A stretch of DNA of 64,000 bases from Antedon mediterranea (Eukaryota > Animalia > Echinodermata): contig NC_092670.1 of NCBI RefSeq assembly GCF_964355755.1, positions 31,484,388-31,548,387 of the forward strand, given 5' to 3'. Shown piece by piece: positions 51,184 to 64,000 of the stretch. Every line of letters begins with the position of its first letter. The stretch's first letter is position 1. Below the pieces are notes generated by a model, which saw nothing but the letters and a program-made list of their open reading frames with translations, was not told where the DNA came from and searched no databases. A program made the position numbers and the translations under genes.

Positions 51184-53031
51184 CTCTGAAAATTAAAATA
51201 CAAACGAATAAACTATAAGCTTCCGTACATGAATCTTGAGACCGAATTTAACCGAATTGACGATTTTAAGATGAGTTTGTCGTATGATTTATGTTGCTGT
51301 TTCCAACAAGCCTACACGTGTGTAACATTTCCAGTTCGTTGGTTGATTGTGTATCACGTGATGAAGTACACTATTATATTCTCCTCATTGTAATTCATAA
51401 ACTTTCGTTATTTGCATAACTGCATAATTGCATACAATTAAATCGATAACATAATAGGGAAGTAACAATATAACCTAAACGCGTGACAACCTGATTAGAA
51501 TAGACGTTCGTAATTAGAAAACTTTTTAGAGAAAAACATATTTTTTTAGATTTCATAACGGAACGAAAATAACCGAATTGAAAGAAACTTTTGAACAAAT
51601 TGAAGAAATGAAAAGGTAGGAAACGAGTGATGGGATATTGTTCTATTTTTTTAAACTCTGTAAACTAAACTGATACAGTACTTACAATTTTGCCTTTTTT
51701 CACAGACATGACATAATCTTGTACTACATTCCCGATCAGTCCAGCATGAGCTGGATTTCAACATTTCAACACAATTTTGGTTACCACCATAATTGTTTGG
51801 TTGACCACTTTGAAAATCTAAAAATAAATTTATAATCTATATAAATAATAATAATTGGACCGTATTCGTTAGTGTACATTGAAGAGTATACAAAGTATTA
51901 GCAATATGCAGGAAACGATTCCGGTATGAATATCGGTTAATTGATTGACTGAGATGTCTGAAATATTTGAGACGGCGCAATCAAATGAAATAGGAACACT
52001 ACAATATAATTATGGGAGATAATTTTATGAAAATCGTACCATCGTCTTCGTCTTAGACACCTCACAAAATTACCCACCACAGCCAGGGTAATGTTGCTCT
52101 GCCCTCAGTAAATTACATTATAAACTCATTTATAGCATAGCTTCCATCACTTTTTTAAAAATAATTCAGTCAATGTACCAAATCACAAATTATATTTGTG
52201 TAATACAATCACAAAATAAGGAAATAGTACTTACACTCGTATGATGAACATGAATTAGGAACTCCGACCCAACTAAAATAACTGTCTTTACTTAATTTTT
52301 TCATTCCAATCCACGCACTTTTTGCAACAATAAGTTTACGAACGAAGCTGTTTTCTTGTTTATTATTGATGACAACAAGATCTGAGTTGAGTGCATTGCA
52401 ATCAGATTGAGCTTGTTCCCAAGTCAAAGATTTGGCAAAGTATTTATAACACTTTGAACCATATTGATGCCAACCATAAACGCAACCTAAAATACAAACA
52501 ATATAGAATTGAGCATTTATTCATTAATCTACAGTAGTTAGATGAATACATAGGCAGATTCACCCAATCCACTTCAGTTCGACAAACATAACTGTATGCC
52601 TATATTTTTACAAATATTGAGCCATTGAACAGCTTTAACCACACTGACAATTCATTTTCATACTAATTGTTAAAGTGCCATGCGAAGATGGTACATTTGT
52701 TAATTTCATCCATTCGAAAGAAAAATGCTTTTGGATTCTTTCGTGTTTTTATTTTGATATAGTTTAATATGGATGATGACTTTTTTGCCAGCTGTCCTTA
52801 CTGGAGATGTTTAATAGTAATACCGCAACATGGTTCACTTAACTAACGTTTTATAGGCCTATGTTTTTAAATGGATACACCTGTGGAATAGAAAGGTAGC
52901 GGTACAATAACAACTTAAACAACACAGATTTAAATACATGTCTACAATAATATTAAAAACTGACTACCTCCTTCAACCAGAGTTGCACCGAACGTTAGGC
53001 AGGCCAACACCAACAAAATGAATCGTGCCAT
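51184..53031 (-). CDS. Secreted C-type lectin (~150 aa); exons 53031-52965, 52486-52235, 51817-51686, stop at 51185-51184
   Basis: Duplicate of 41624-43471 (+9560); coding sequence appears identical. Confidence 0.85.
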
Positions 53032-53468
53032 GTTGTAGATATGATATTGTAATTCAGCAGCAAGGAAGAAGTGTTGACAATAAGGCGTGTATTCGTTTAT
53101 ATAGACCTAAGTACAAAGAAGGTTGGGCCTATTTTACCCAATGAATACTTGATTCATATATTCGTAGATAATAGTAGCTAGTTACTGAAAGAACCATAAG
53201 GAAAAACAGCATGTGTCAACATTTTTTTTGAAAGAGGGAAAGACAGCGGAAAAGAGATATTGAGGCACTCCCTCAGTTGGGTAGATCTACGGTAAAGGCA
53301 ATTCATCGTGTATGATTATAAAAACAATTATACATATTCAGGGTAATTGGGTAAAACGTAAAATGGAGTAAAATGTGTCTTCGCTGTGAAATTTAAACAT
53401 ACAGTATGTTATGAATTGCATTAAAAACAAGGTTGGACGGGGAGGCAAGCCATTAGCAATATAATAAT

Positions 53469-54555
53469 GGGGGTGTCACGAAACCTAAGACCACGAAAGC
53501 TAAGACCCCCTAAGACCTAAGATCACGAAAGCTAAGACCCAAGACCTAAGATTACAAATATTTATCATTCGCACCTGCCTTGTATTTTAACTCCCAACAT
53601 TTATTCTGAATACCACACCTTAGAATTGGCACTTTTATGAAAAAGAATCACATAAAAAGTAACAAATACATTTTTAAATTAATGATTTTACAGACGTTTT
53701 TCTCGCACACAAACTGTTTGCGAATTTCGCATGACTAGCCTACAGTACAGTAGCAGTTGTAGGCCTACATGTTCAATGTTTTTGTTTCTATGGAACGTCA
53801 AAAGAGCAACAATTATATAGAGGGCTGAAAACTCTATGGAGTCCATCTACAGTGTGGATGGAACAATGTAAAATTAAAATTGTAATGATAATAGTATAAT
53901 CATGCAAGTACGAAGAAATAAATACTGGCAAATAAATTTTAATTTAAAAATCATGATTTTTTTCGTTTTATTTCTGTTTTTATACTTGTACTATTATTGT
54001 TGCTCTTTTGGCGCTCCATAGAAACAAAAACATTGAGCCAGGGGGGGGGGGGGAACTCGAGGAGTTACAATGTACAAAGAAACATGTCTGTAAAATCATC
54101 AATTTAAAGGATTTATTTATTTGTTTTTATGTGTTTCTCCGTCTGAAAGTACTTATAAATCCTAATTTTAAAGTGTGGTATTCAGGATAAAGTTAGTCAA
54201 CAAATTTGGAGTCAAAATACAAGAAAGGCAGGTGCGTAAGAAAAACATGCTCTGAACCAACACATTGGAGTAAATATATACCCACAAACAACCCGTCAAG
54301 TTTGTTTGTTGTAAAGAAAAAATATACATTTACTCAACGGGCGAAAATAATGTGAGTTTATCTATGTTTTGCGGTAGTATTAAATTATATTTATGGTAAT
54401 AAATGAAACCTGAAGGGTTTAAAATTATGTATGGATAAACAAGTATTGTTTTTAAGCTGTAGTATATCTTAGAATTTGTAATCTTAGGTCTTGGGTCTTA
54501 GCTTTCGTGATCTTAGGTCTTATGGGGTCTTAGCTTTCGTGGTCTTAGGTTTCGT
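53469..54555. mobile_element. Foldback-like TIR element, duplicate of 43908-44991
   Basis: Same TIRs and internal inverted repeats. Confidence 0.85.
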
Positions 54556-55056
54556 TTTTCAATACAAATTAAAAACGATTAAAATACCATCTTTTGAACA
54601 AATTTTATTTTGAAAAAATACATAAAACAGTAAAGAAGGAACATGCACGGAAAATATAAACAAACATTGTTTAATATAGTATAATATAAACAATGATAAT
54701 AACTTATAATAATATTAATCTTATTTCTGTAGATAATCCAAAAGTATGATTGCATAATAAAAAAGAGAGGTATACGACTATTGTTTCGCCAAACGAGGAG
54801 GAAATGTTCGAACTACCAATTTCGCTGGCGAAAAGTTGATTTCCATTAGTTACCTTTTTTGGCGGGAATCGAACAATAAACAAACTTTACACTACCCTTT
54901 TGTTTTTGTTAACAGTGAATAGTTGTGGTTTTTCGAACATGTGATTGCCATGCCAATCAAAAAGGAGCGATACTTTATTTCCTCAATTATTGTAACACTA
55001 AAGGTGGGCCTACGTAATAGAAAGAGGGTTCGGCAAATGAATATGCAAAACCAAAC

Positions 55057-56745
55057 GTGTATACCCTAAATACCTCACGAACATAAACCAAGTGTGGACA
55101 CCCTAAATACCCTACTGTGTATACCCTAAATACCCTACTGTGTATACCCTAAATATCCTACTGTGTATACCCTAAATACCCTACTGTGTATAACCTAAAT
55201 ATCCTACTGTGTATACTCTAAATACCCTACTGTGTATACCCTAAATACCCTACTGTGTATACCCTAAATATCCTACTGTGTATACCCTAAATACCCTACC
55301 GTGTATACCCTAAATACCCTACCGTGTATACCCTAAATACCCTACTGTGTATACCCTAAATATCCTACTGTGTATACCCTAAATACCCTACTGTGTATAC
55401 CCTAAATATCCTACTGTGTATACTCTAAATATCCTACTGTGTATACCCTAAATACCCTACTGTGTATACCCTAAATATCCTACTGTGTATACCCTAAATA
55501 CCCTACTGTGTATACCCTAAATATCCTACTGTGTATACCCTAAATACCCTACTGTGTATACCCTAAATACCCTACTGTGTATACCCTAAATACCCTACAG
55601 TGTATACCCTAAATACCCTACTGTGTATACCCTAAATACCCTACTGTGTATACCCTAAATACCCTACAGTGTATACCCTAAATATCCTACTGTGTATACC
55701 CTAAATATCCTACCGTGTATACCCTAAATACCCTACTGTGTATACCCTAAATACCCTACTGTGTATACCCTAAATACCCTACTGTGTATACCCTAAATAT
55801 CCTACTGTGTATACCCTAAATATTCTACTGTGTATACCCTAAATACCCTACTGTGTATACCCTAAATATCCTACTGTGTATACCCTAAATATCCTACAGT
55901 GTATACCCTAAATATCCTACTGTGTATACCCGAAATACCCTACTGTGTATACCCTAAATATCCTACTGTGTATACCCTAAATATCCTACTGTGTATACCC
56001 TAAATACCCTACTGTGTATACCCTAAATACCCTACTGTGTATACCCTAAATATCCTACTGTGTATACCCTAAATACCCTACTGTGTATACCCTAAATATC
56101 CTACTGTGTATACCCTAAATACCCTACTGTGTATACCCTAAATACCCTACTGTGTATACCCTAAATATCCTACTGTGTATACCCTAAATATCCTACTGTG
56201 TATACCCCAAATATCCTACTGTGTATACCCTAAATATCCTACTGTGCACGAACATAAACCAAGTGTGTATACCCTAAATATTCAACTGTGTATACCCTAA
56301 ATATCCTACTGTGTATACCCCAAATATCCTACTGTGTATACCCTAAATATCCTACTGTGTATACCCTAAATATCCTACTGTGCACGAACAACCAAGTGTG
56401 TATACCCTAAATATCCTACTGTGTATACCCTAAATATCCTACCGTGTATACCCTAAATATCCTACCGTGTATACCCTAAATATCCTACTGTGTATACCCT
56501 AAATATCCTACTGTGTATACCCTAAATACCCTACTGTGTATACCCTAAATATCCTACTGTGTATACCCTAAATATCCTACTGTGTATACCCTAAATATCC
56601 TACTGTGTATACCCTAAATATCCTACTGTGTATACCCTAAATATCCTACTGTGTATACCCTAAATATCCTACTGTGTATACCCTAAATATCCTACTGTGT
56701 ATACCCTAAATACCCTACTGTGTATACCCTAAATATCCTACTGTG
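55057..56745. repeat. 23-bp minisatellite, ~73 units
   Basis: Duplicate of 45493-47181. Confidence 0.97.
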
Positions 56746-57181
56746 CAAAAACATTGTAACAAATTGGTGGCAAGAAATAAGAACAATATCTTGTCAACCA
56801 GTTTTTAACAATTATATACATTTTTTTTAAAGAATTATATAATTATTAAAGGAATTATAGAATTAAAACAAAAATTTTTAATCAGTATAATAATCAAGCA
56901 CATCTACACATGATTCATATCCTTTTTTTCTTACATATAAAAAGTTCTTTAAAATAATTAAATCTTTTATAAACTAGAACTTAAAAATCTTTTATATAAA
57001 TAATAGCATTTTCTTCTTTAATTTTTGTTTTAAACAATCAATACTAATGGTATATGTTGGTAGTAACAGAGAATCAGATGATTTCAACAAGCACCCGACC
57101 TAAACTTAGGCCTACAGTAATTGTAGGCCTATATTGGATCAAAGCACAGGGCGAAAGATCATTGTTCCTCCATCCAACAGA

Positions 57182-60063
57182 TTAGGTTAAACATGCTAGC
57201 TCTCCCTTAATTAAGGCTCTCAACTTTATCTTCTGTTCCTGTAAGAATATAATTTTATATGAAATATGAATTGATAATTTGAATAGTTTTGTTAAAATTC
57301 TCCAGAAGACGATCAATGGAGCAATAATTCAATCAAATGATAAGATTTTATTTCTTTCTATTAAATCAATTCAATCTTTTTTTTTTTTGACATAAAACAA
57401 ACTGCTAGTCTTGTTATATTCAATATGGCGGAAGACTCAACATTTAAACAATGGTATAATGTGTGTAATATTAAAAGCAGGAAAAAACCTACATATCTAG
57501 TTTAGGTCAGGGCCTAGACACGATTAGCAATGCTATTATTCTACATCCTATTAGTATTAACCATTTAATTTCCTTTTATTAATATGTAGTTGAAATTTGA
57601 TTTTGAAAGGAATGAGGTAATAAAAAGAGAAAAAAAGTTTACTGAGCACTCCCTCTACTAGTACTAAACAATAGCCTCCTTTAGCCTATAGCATGCTATT
57701 ATAAATTTATATGAATCATACTAACAATGAAATATTTAAATTATTTTAATTATATATCATTTCGAAAATGCATTTAACAAAATATAAATTCTCTTATCTA
57801 TATATATGTACCTCCTCTTTTGTAAGTTTTTCTCCCTGTTTTCTTTTCATTCTAAGTCTCTCAATCTGTGTGAACATAACAATTCCAATACATAAAGCTT
57901 TGTCTACACTACCAAATGTGATGTTCCTATATATGGACATGATAATGTCATATCACTACCATATTCGGCACATCACACTTTTTTGTCAAACTAGTTTGAT
58001 AGTGTAGACAGAGCTTTAGCACCTCAATCTGCATGAAGAAAAAAATTCCAATACATAAATCTCTGTCTACACTACCAAACTTGATGTGAAAAAAAAATGT
58101 GATGTGCCCATATTGACACAATGACGTCGTATTACTACCGTATTTGGCCACATCACACCTTTTTTATCAAACTAGTTTGATAGTGTAGATAGAGCTTTAG
58201 TTTCTCAATCTGCATGATGACAACAATTCCAATACATAAATCTCTGTCTACACTACCAAACTTAACTACCGTATTTTGGCACATCACACCTTTTTGTCAA
58301 ACTACAACAACAACTTTGTTGTTGTTTGATAGTGTAGACAGAGCTTTACAATATCAATCATATTTTAGTAGACTTCTATTGAACTAAAGTAATATTTTAT
58401 TTATCTACCAACTTACTGCGTTTAGTTTCTTGGTGAGTTTTCTGAACAGTTTCTTTTTAGCATCTTCTTTAGATTCCTTAAAAGGACAATATGGTTACTA
58501 CATATAGAATTTAAGATCTACATAAACTTTCCATAAATAATGGAATTTAGTTTCTAAGCTTATCATGTTTGTCTACAAGAATGCAAGTTTCAACAATTTT
58601 TCAGATCTATATAATCCACCTATAAATAATAATAATAATATAATGTTGTATGGAATAACTCTATCAGCATCAAAAAGTTATAAACATAAATTTAAAAATA
58701 AAATTAGGCAAAGAAATAGTTAGTATTTAATTACTACATGAAACAATACTATTACTTACTTCTTGGTAGCATGCTTTATCTGGCATTTCACTTTTAACTG
58801 TCACTTGAGCTAAATAAACAGTAAAATTAATTAATTAGTAGAATTTAAGTATGAATATTTAAACGGGAAAAAAAACCTATTACTGTAATTTCAACATGTT
58901 TACCTAAACAAATATCCAATGTTGAATCATTTTCTATTGATATTTTATCCAAGGATCCATTACTAGACTAACTGTTAATGTGATGTGTGGTCTATTGTGA
59001 CGCACACTGATTTGCATAATTGATCACCTGTGAAAATGTTTAAATAAGAAGGAATGTGTTTGTGAAGGTTAGGTCCTGCTTTGTCGTTGAATGCACAGAC
59101 GAACATAGTACCAAATATAATGTGTCTAGATATTTATTGGCTAATCATAACACAATTGTCTCCCAATCATGTACCACTAATGGTAAATCCCTGTAATAAT
59201 TCACCACATCATTTTTCTTCTCTGTCTGCATTATCAAACTATTTTGACGTGATGATGTGCTCAAGTATGGTAGTGATATGCCTAAATAGGGTAGTGATAT
59301 GAAATCATCATGTCCAATGGGCACATCACATTTGTTTGTCACAAAAAGTTTGATAGTGTAGACAGAGCTTAACACATTGTTAGAACCTCTGACTTGTGCA
59401 CTTTGACAAACAAGGCGTCCTGCAGGTGTTATCATCAGACTGCGTTCACGTTGCCTGGTTTGTGGATTTCCTCCTCTACCATAACCCACACATCTAGCCT
59501 GAAAATAAAGTTTACCACACTAGTAATGCACCCTAGTTTATCCTCAGTTCTACTTTAAATTGTATATTCAATTAAAATTCAATTGTATTCGCTACTGATG
59601 TCATCAAGGGTAAATATCTGCATTTAAGGACGAAACAATATAAATACATGAAAGAAAAAAAAATTACAATATTACTTGTTGTAATGTTTACAATTCATTG
59701 CAATTTGTTCATCCAGGAGGGCATAAAATGGTTTAATATTGACCTTATAGGTGAGATAGAATGGGGTATAGTCTGGTCAAAATATGAAGGGTGGAGTGAA
59801 AGAAGCGGGAGGTTTTAGCTTGGCTCTGACATTTTACCTACACCCAATCCAATAGCTTTGTTAAGAGCTGCAAATGGATCAATGCAAGTAAATCATATAA
59901 TAATAGTACAACACTTGAAATAGCATACTGTAATATGCATTTATTGAACCATAACATGTTAGTTTAGATACACTTACAGGAGGGCTTTTAGTAGGTTTTC
60001 TCTGTACCTGGTCATGCTCAATACTGCTTTGAATAATGTCTGATTGTTTCTTGGGGCTAAAAC
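57182..60063 (-). CDS. 3' exons of an unidentified gene: 60063-59978, 59498-59394, (58967 or 59027)-58904, 58809-58760, 58476-58417, 57238-57182
   Basis: GT-AG exons chain with compatible phases: FSPKKQSDIIQSSIEHDQVQRKPTKSPP|ARCVGYGRGGNPQTRQRERSLMITPAGRLVCQSAQ|SSNGSLDKISIENDSTLDICL|AQVTVKSEMPDKACYQE|ESKEDAKKKLFRKLTKKLNA|EQKIKLRALIKGELACLT*. The third exon's acceptor is uncertain and no family was recognised. Confidence 0.6.
57893..58348. mobile_element. Three tandem PIF/Harbinger-type MITE copies (a fourth at ~59218-59371)
   Basis: TAA|AGCTTTGTCTACACTACCAAA ... TTTGATAGTGTAGACAGAGCT|TTA: short TIRs with TWA flanks, repeated at ~160-180-bp spacing. Confidence 0.75.
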
Positions 60064-60138
60064 CTTAAAAAATAAAATTAAAAAAATAGGTATTGTTTTT
60101 GAAAGATAACATGGTCGCTGTTGAGAGAGTGTTTGTAA

Positions 60139-63100
60139 TTAGTTATCCGCACTTGGCGGATAACTCCTTGTGATTGTATGGGATCATCATTTTTTTTTTT
60201 TTTTTCTGTATTATTAGTTATCCGCTTAGTAGCGGATAACTTCTTGTAATCGTCCTGTTACTTTTTTTTTTTTTTTTTTTTCTTATTTCTTTCTCCTCCA
60301 TTTTTGTGCCTCACGTATCTCAAAAACTTGTAAACATAACATTTCATAACTTTGTCAACATATGGGCATTTACGTGAAGTTGTGCACCTCCTATTTTTGA
60401 ATGACGTCAGAGTTGCGCAACGTGACTTACGTGCGATTTTATGATTTTTTATGATTGATCATAGACTAAAAACCAAGCATAAATTTGTTTTGACACTTTG
60501 TGAAAATTTAAGTCATATCAAGGGCAAACTTTTTGTGGATTAAAAATGCCATGTTTTACAAGACGTTACGCGCGCACGCGCATTTCTCCTCTATTTTTGT
60601 ATCTCGCGTATCTCAAAAACGTGTAAACATAACATTTCATAACTTTGTCAACATATGGGCATTCACGTGAAGTTGTGCACCTCCTATTGTGAATGACGTC
60701 AGAAATGCGCAACGTGACTTACGCACGATTTTATGAATTTCGCGTATTTAACATAGATTTTAAACCATATAACAATTTAAATTGAAACTTAGCAAAAGTT
60801 TAATTTATTTCATGCGCTAACTTTCTGTGGAAAAAAAATTGCGTGTTTTACACAAAGTTACGCGCGCACGCGCATTTAAAATTCAAAATGCGCAAAATTA
60901 ATTTTTAATCAACTTTCTACGCTGATCATGACATTTTGACCATGTCAAAATTTCCCACGCGCGCAAACAATTTTATGCGCGTGGTGCGCACGTAGCGCTA
61001 AAAGATTTTTTTTTTATTGAATTATGTTTTTCCAGCCTTTTATAGTAATTTTACCAATTCTAAAACAATTTCACCTTACAATTACGTCATACGGGCACGT
61101 TGAATTGGATACTTTACGTGCGTTTTTGATGAAAAAGTTCAAAAATTTGTCAAAATTATGCCTTTTTTTAAACAGTCATAGATTCTAAACAACGAGGTGA
61201 ACTTTTTTTTAATTACATATTCTGGAAGTTGATGAGTTGTAGAAATCGGATCATGAATCAATATGGCTAACCGGACATTGTGACGTCATGGTATGGCCAC
61301 ACGAATGTAAAATATAGGATTTTTGTCTCTTTCATTATTGCTCATCATATTCAATGGAGCGCATCACGCCTATCTGTATTCCTTTTTCTCTGAGATTTTA
61401 ATATTGTCTAGGTCAATCAACTATCTTACGCATGAGTTAAAAATATTTTAATTTTTATGATGTCACCATGCCTAAAAATTTTAATTAACAGCGTCATTAA
61501 TTTCATCTTTACAGTAAATTTTAATCTGTTATAGCTCGTAAGAATAAAATGTGATAATCACGATTAAAACGTTTTCAGGAAGCTATGGGATTGTAGATAC
61601 GAAATCATGTGAACTTTTCACCAATCAGATGTTGTGACGTCATCATATGGCCAGTTAAATAAACAAAGTCATGTTTTCATCTTTTGCGTCATAGTTCATT
61701 ACATTTAAAAAAGCGCGCATTAATATTTCACGTATTCAAATTTCTTCTAAACGTTAATATGTTGTTGCTGAGATAATTTCCTTCCGAAATTACTACAGTA
61801 CCTTCGCGTTTCCTTTTGAAAATTAAAATAAAATACGGGTCCCGTAATTTCACCTATTTTACACTGTTTGTGACATGTATACAGATTATACTGTGTATAC
61901 TATATGACAGAAAATATACAGCATTCAGTACTAACAACACATCATATTCTTCAGTTCAGGTCATAATGACATAATCTTTTTCGGTGTGCAATATTCCAAC
62001 GTATGACGTGCACGTGGCGTTTGTCGTGCGGATAACTAACTCGTCAAAGTGACGAGTTTCATGTCTAGTTCTTATTTCTTTCCTTCCATTTTTGTGTAGA
62101 GCGTTTCTCTAACATGTGTAAACGTAACATTCCATAACTTTGACAACATGTGGGCATTTATGTGAAGTTGTGCACCTCCTATTTTTGAATGACGTCAGAG
62201 GTGCGCAACGTGACTTACGCGCGATTTTATGAATTTCGCGTATTTAACATAGGTCAAAAACCAAATAACATTTTGAATTGAAACTTTGCAGAAGTTTAAT
62301 TTATATCGTGCGCTAACTTTCTGTGGAAAAAAAATTGCGAGGTTTACACAAATTTACGCGCGCACGCGCATTTAAAATTTGAAAATGCGAAAAAACAATT
62401 TCTAATCGACTTTCTACGCGTTTCATGTCATTTTGAGCATGTCAAAAATTCCCACGCGCCCAATATTTTTTACGCGCGCGGTACGCACGTAGCGTTAAAA
62501 ACATCGCTTTTTCGAGTGATTTATGTTTTTTCAGCCTTTTCTAGTAATTTTACAAACTTTTAAACAATTTTGACTTAAAATGACGTTATACGAGCACGTA
62601 GAATTTAACAATTTGCACGGGTTTTTGATGAAAAAAATCAAAAATTCGTCAAAAATTAAGCCTTTTTTTAAACAGTCGTAGTTTCTATACCAAACAATGA
62701 AAGTTATTTTTGTTACATATTCTGGAAGTTGATGAGTTGTAGATATCGGATCATGCATTAATATGGCTAACAGGACATTGTGATGTCATCGTAAGTCCAC
62801 GCGAATATAAAATTTAGGATTTTTGTATCTTTCTTCATAGCTCATCACATTTAATAGAGCGCATCTACACTTATCCGTTTTCCATTTTCACCCCGATTTT
62901 GATATTGTCTAGGTCAATCAACTATCTTTCGCATGAGTTAAAAATATTTTTATTTTTATGACGTCATCATGCCTAAAAATTTAAATTACGTGTGGCATAA
63001 ATTTCATATTTACAGTAAAATTTAATCTGTTATAGCTCGTAAGAATGAAATGTGATAATCATGATTAAAACGTTTTCTCGAAGCTATTGAATTGTAGATA

Positions 63101-63588
63101 CGAAATCATGTGAGCATTTTGCTAATCAGACGTTGTGACGTCATCATATGGCCAGTTATATAAAAAAAGTCGTATTTTCATCTTTTGCGTTATAATTCAT
63201 TACATTTAAAAGAGCGCGCATCAATATTTTACGTATTCAAATTTCTTGTACACGCTAATATGTTGTTGCTGAGATAATTTCCTTCCGAAATTGCTACCTT
63301 CGCGTTTCATTTTGAAACCGTCAGCATGTTAAAAATTGGAATAAATAGCGGGTCCCGTATTTTCCCCTATTCTACACTGTATGTGATTGTGATATGTATA
63401 CAGATTTTACTGTGTATACTATATGACACAAAATAACAGAATTCAGCAATAACAACATAATCATATTCTTCAGTCCAGGTCATAATGCCATAATCTTTTT
63501 CCGTGTGTAATATTCCAACGTATGACGTGCTCGTGGCGTTTGTCGTGCGGATAACTAACTCGTCAAAGTGACGAGTTTCATGTCTAGT
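60139..63588 (+). mobile_element. Helentron-type non-autonomous element (outer copy: 60139-60213 + 62070-63588)
   Basis: 5' TTAGTTATCCGC-n5-GCGGATAAC hairpin; 3' subterminal IR GCGGATAACTA + hairpin AACTCGTCA-AAG-TGACGAGTT + CTAGT. Confidence 0.85.
60214..62069 (+). mobile_element. Same-family HINE nested inside the outer copy
   Basis: Has its own complete 5' and 3' termini; the body aligns with 62070-63588 and carries an extra internal ~290-bp repeat unit. Confidence 0.85.
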
Positions 63589-64000
63589 GTTGTTTTTCAA
63601 TTTACAACATAAATTTTTTACAAAATAACATTTGAATACCTCAATTGCACTGTTATATTTAGCATTTGGTTAGATGTTTTTCCTGCTGTGATGTAGGCCT
63701 AATTGTACAATAATACCAAGAAATATATATCAGTGAGTTTACTATTTCCATATGTTAGGCCTATAGAAATCATCAGCAGATTCTTTTTAATCTTAAAGCC
63801 AAGAATTATCCATCACTCTAAACCCTCAGCAACCACCTTGACTTTCTCCACTACATTATGAGTTTTATTTTCGTTTTTTTTTTTTTTTTTGGGGTCCAAT
63901 CGGCATCATAACACACAACTGACAAAGTCTAACTGACAGCTTGACGAAACTGTCTTGACACATAAATTATTTTAATGGTTTACAATTTATGATCTATATT

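Larger units (their letters stand above)
37889..57550. repeat. Tandem segmental duplication with a 9,560-bp period (~37889-47430, ~47430-56990, plus ~560 bp); an older, diverged partial copy lies at 25405-33719
   Basis: ORFs recur at +9560 (38567/48127, 40536/50096, 42649/52209); the sequences are almost identical, including minisatellite variant order. Confidence 0.97.

Noticed and set aside
22503-53031. One multi-CTLD receptor (mannose-receptor-like) spanning all CTLD exons
   Set aside because: Each CTLD exon pair has its own TATA-like box, signal-peptide exon and 3' end, which indicates separate single-domain genes.
57425-57455. AATATGGCGG start or YY1-like motif as the first exon of a plus-strand gene (copies at 38297, 47857)
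   Set aside because: Weak donor, no downstream plus-strand exons found, and it lies in an intron of the minus-strand gene.
59145-59489. 114-aa ORF as a complete gene
   Set aside because: Only its first part matches a spliced exon; the remainder reads through a MITE.

Overview
AT-rich, intron-containing animal DNA, probably a marine invertebrate (echinoderm-like by repeat style; inference). No prokaryotic features, CRISPR arrays or RNA genes were seen. From left to right: (1) the last five coding exons of a CCDC177/CCDC185-like coiled-coil gene (+), with a 75-bp minisatellite expanded inside an intronic MITE. (2) A small 3-exon secreted protein gene (-, 126 aa) missed by the ORF track: signal peptide, one EGF domain and an unusual CxxGG...GTDCxxCGxR cysteine module. 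(3) Two degenerate APE/RT LINEs; the first has a hydrophobic leader, a 2A-like DVSPNPGP motif and a PHD finger, and the second sits inside a Helentron-type (HINE) element. (4) Several non-autonomous Helitrons, HINEs and MITEs. (5) A ~35-kb tandem birth-and-death array of secreted single-domain C-type lectin genes (-): four apparently intact copies, one Helitron-disrupted pseudogene and two orphan signal-peptide exons. The array was built by nested duplications, including a near-identical 9.56-kb tandem duplication. (6) The 3' exons of an unidentified gene (-) and a HINE inserted into a copy of its own family. Most long ORFs in the track (25-aa and 19-bp repeat ORFs, K/E- and F/L-rich ORFs) are repeat artefacts. 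All exon models were read by eye from splice signals and phase compatibility, without expression data.
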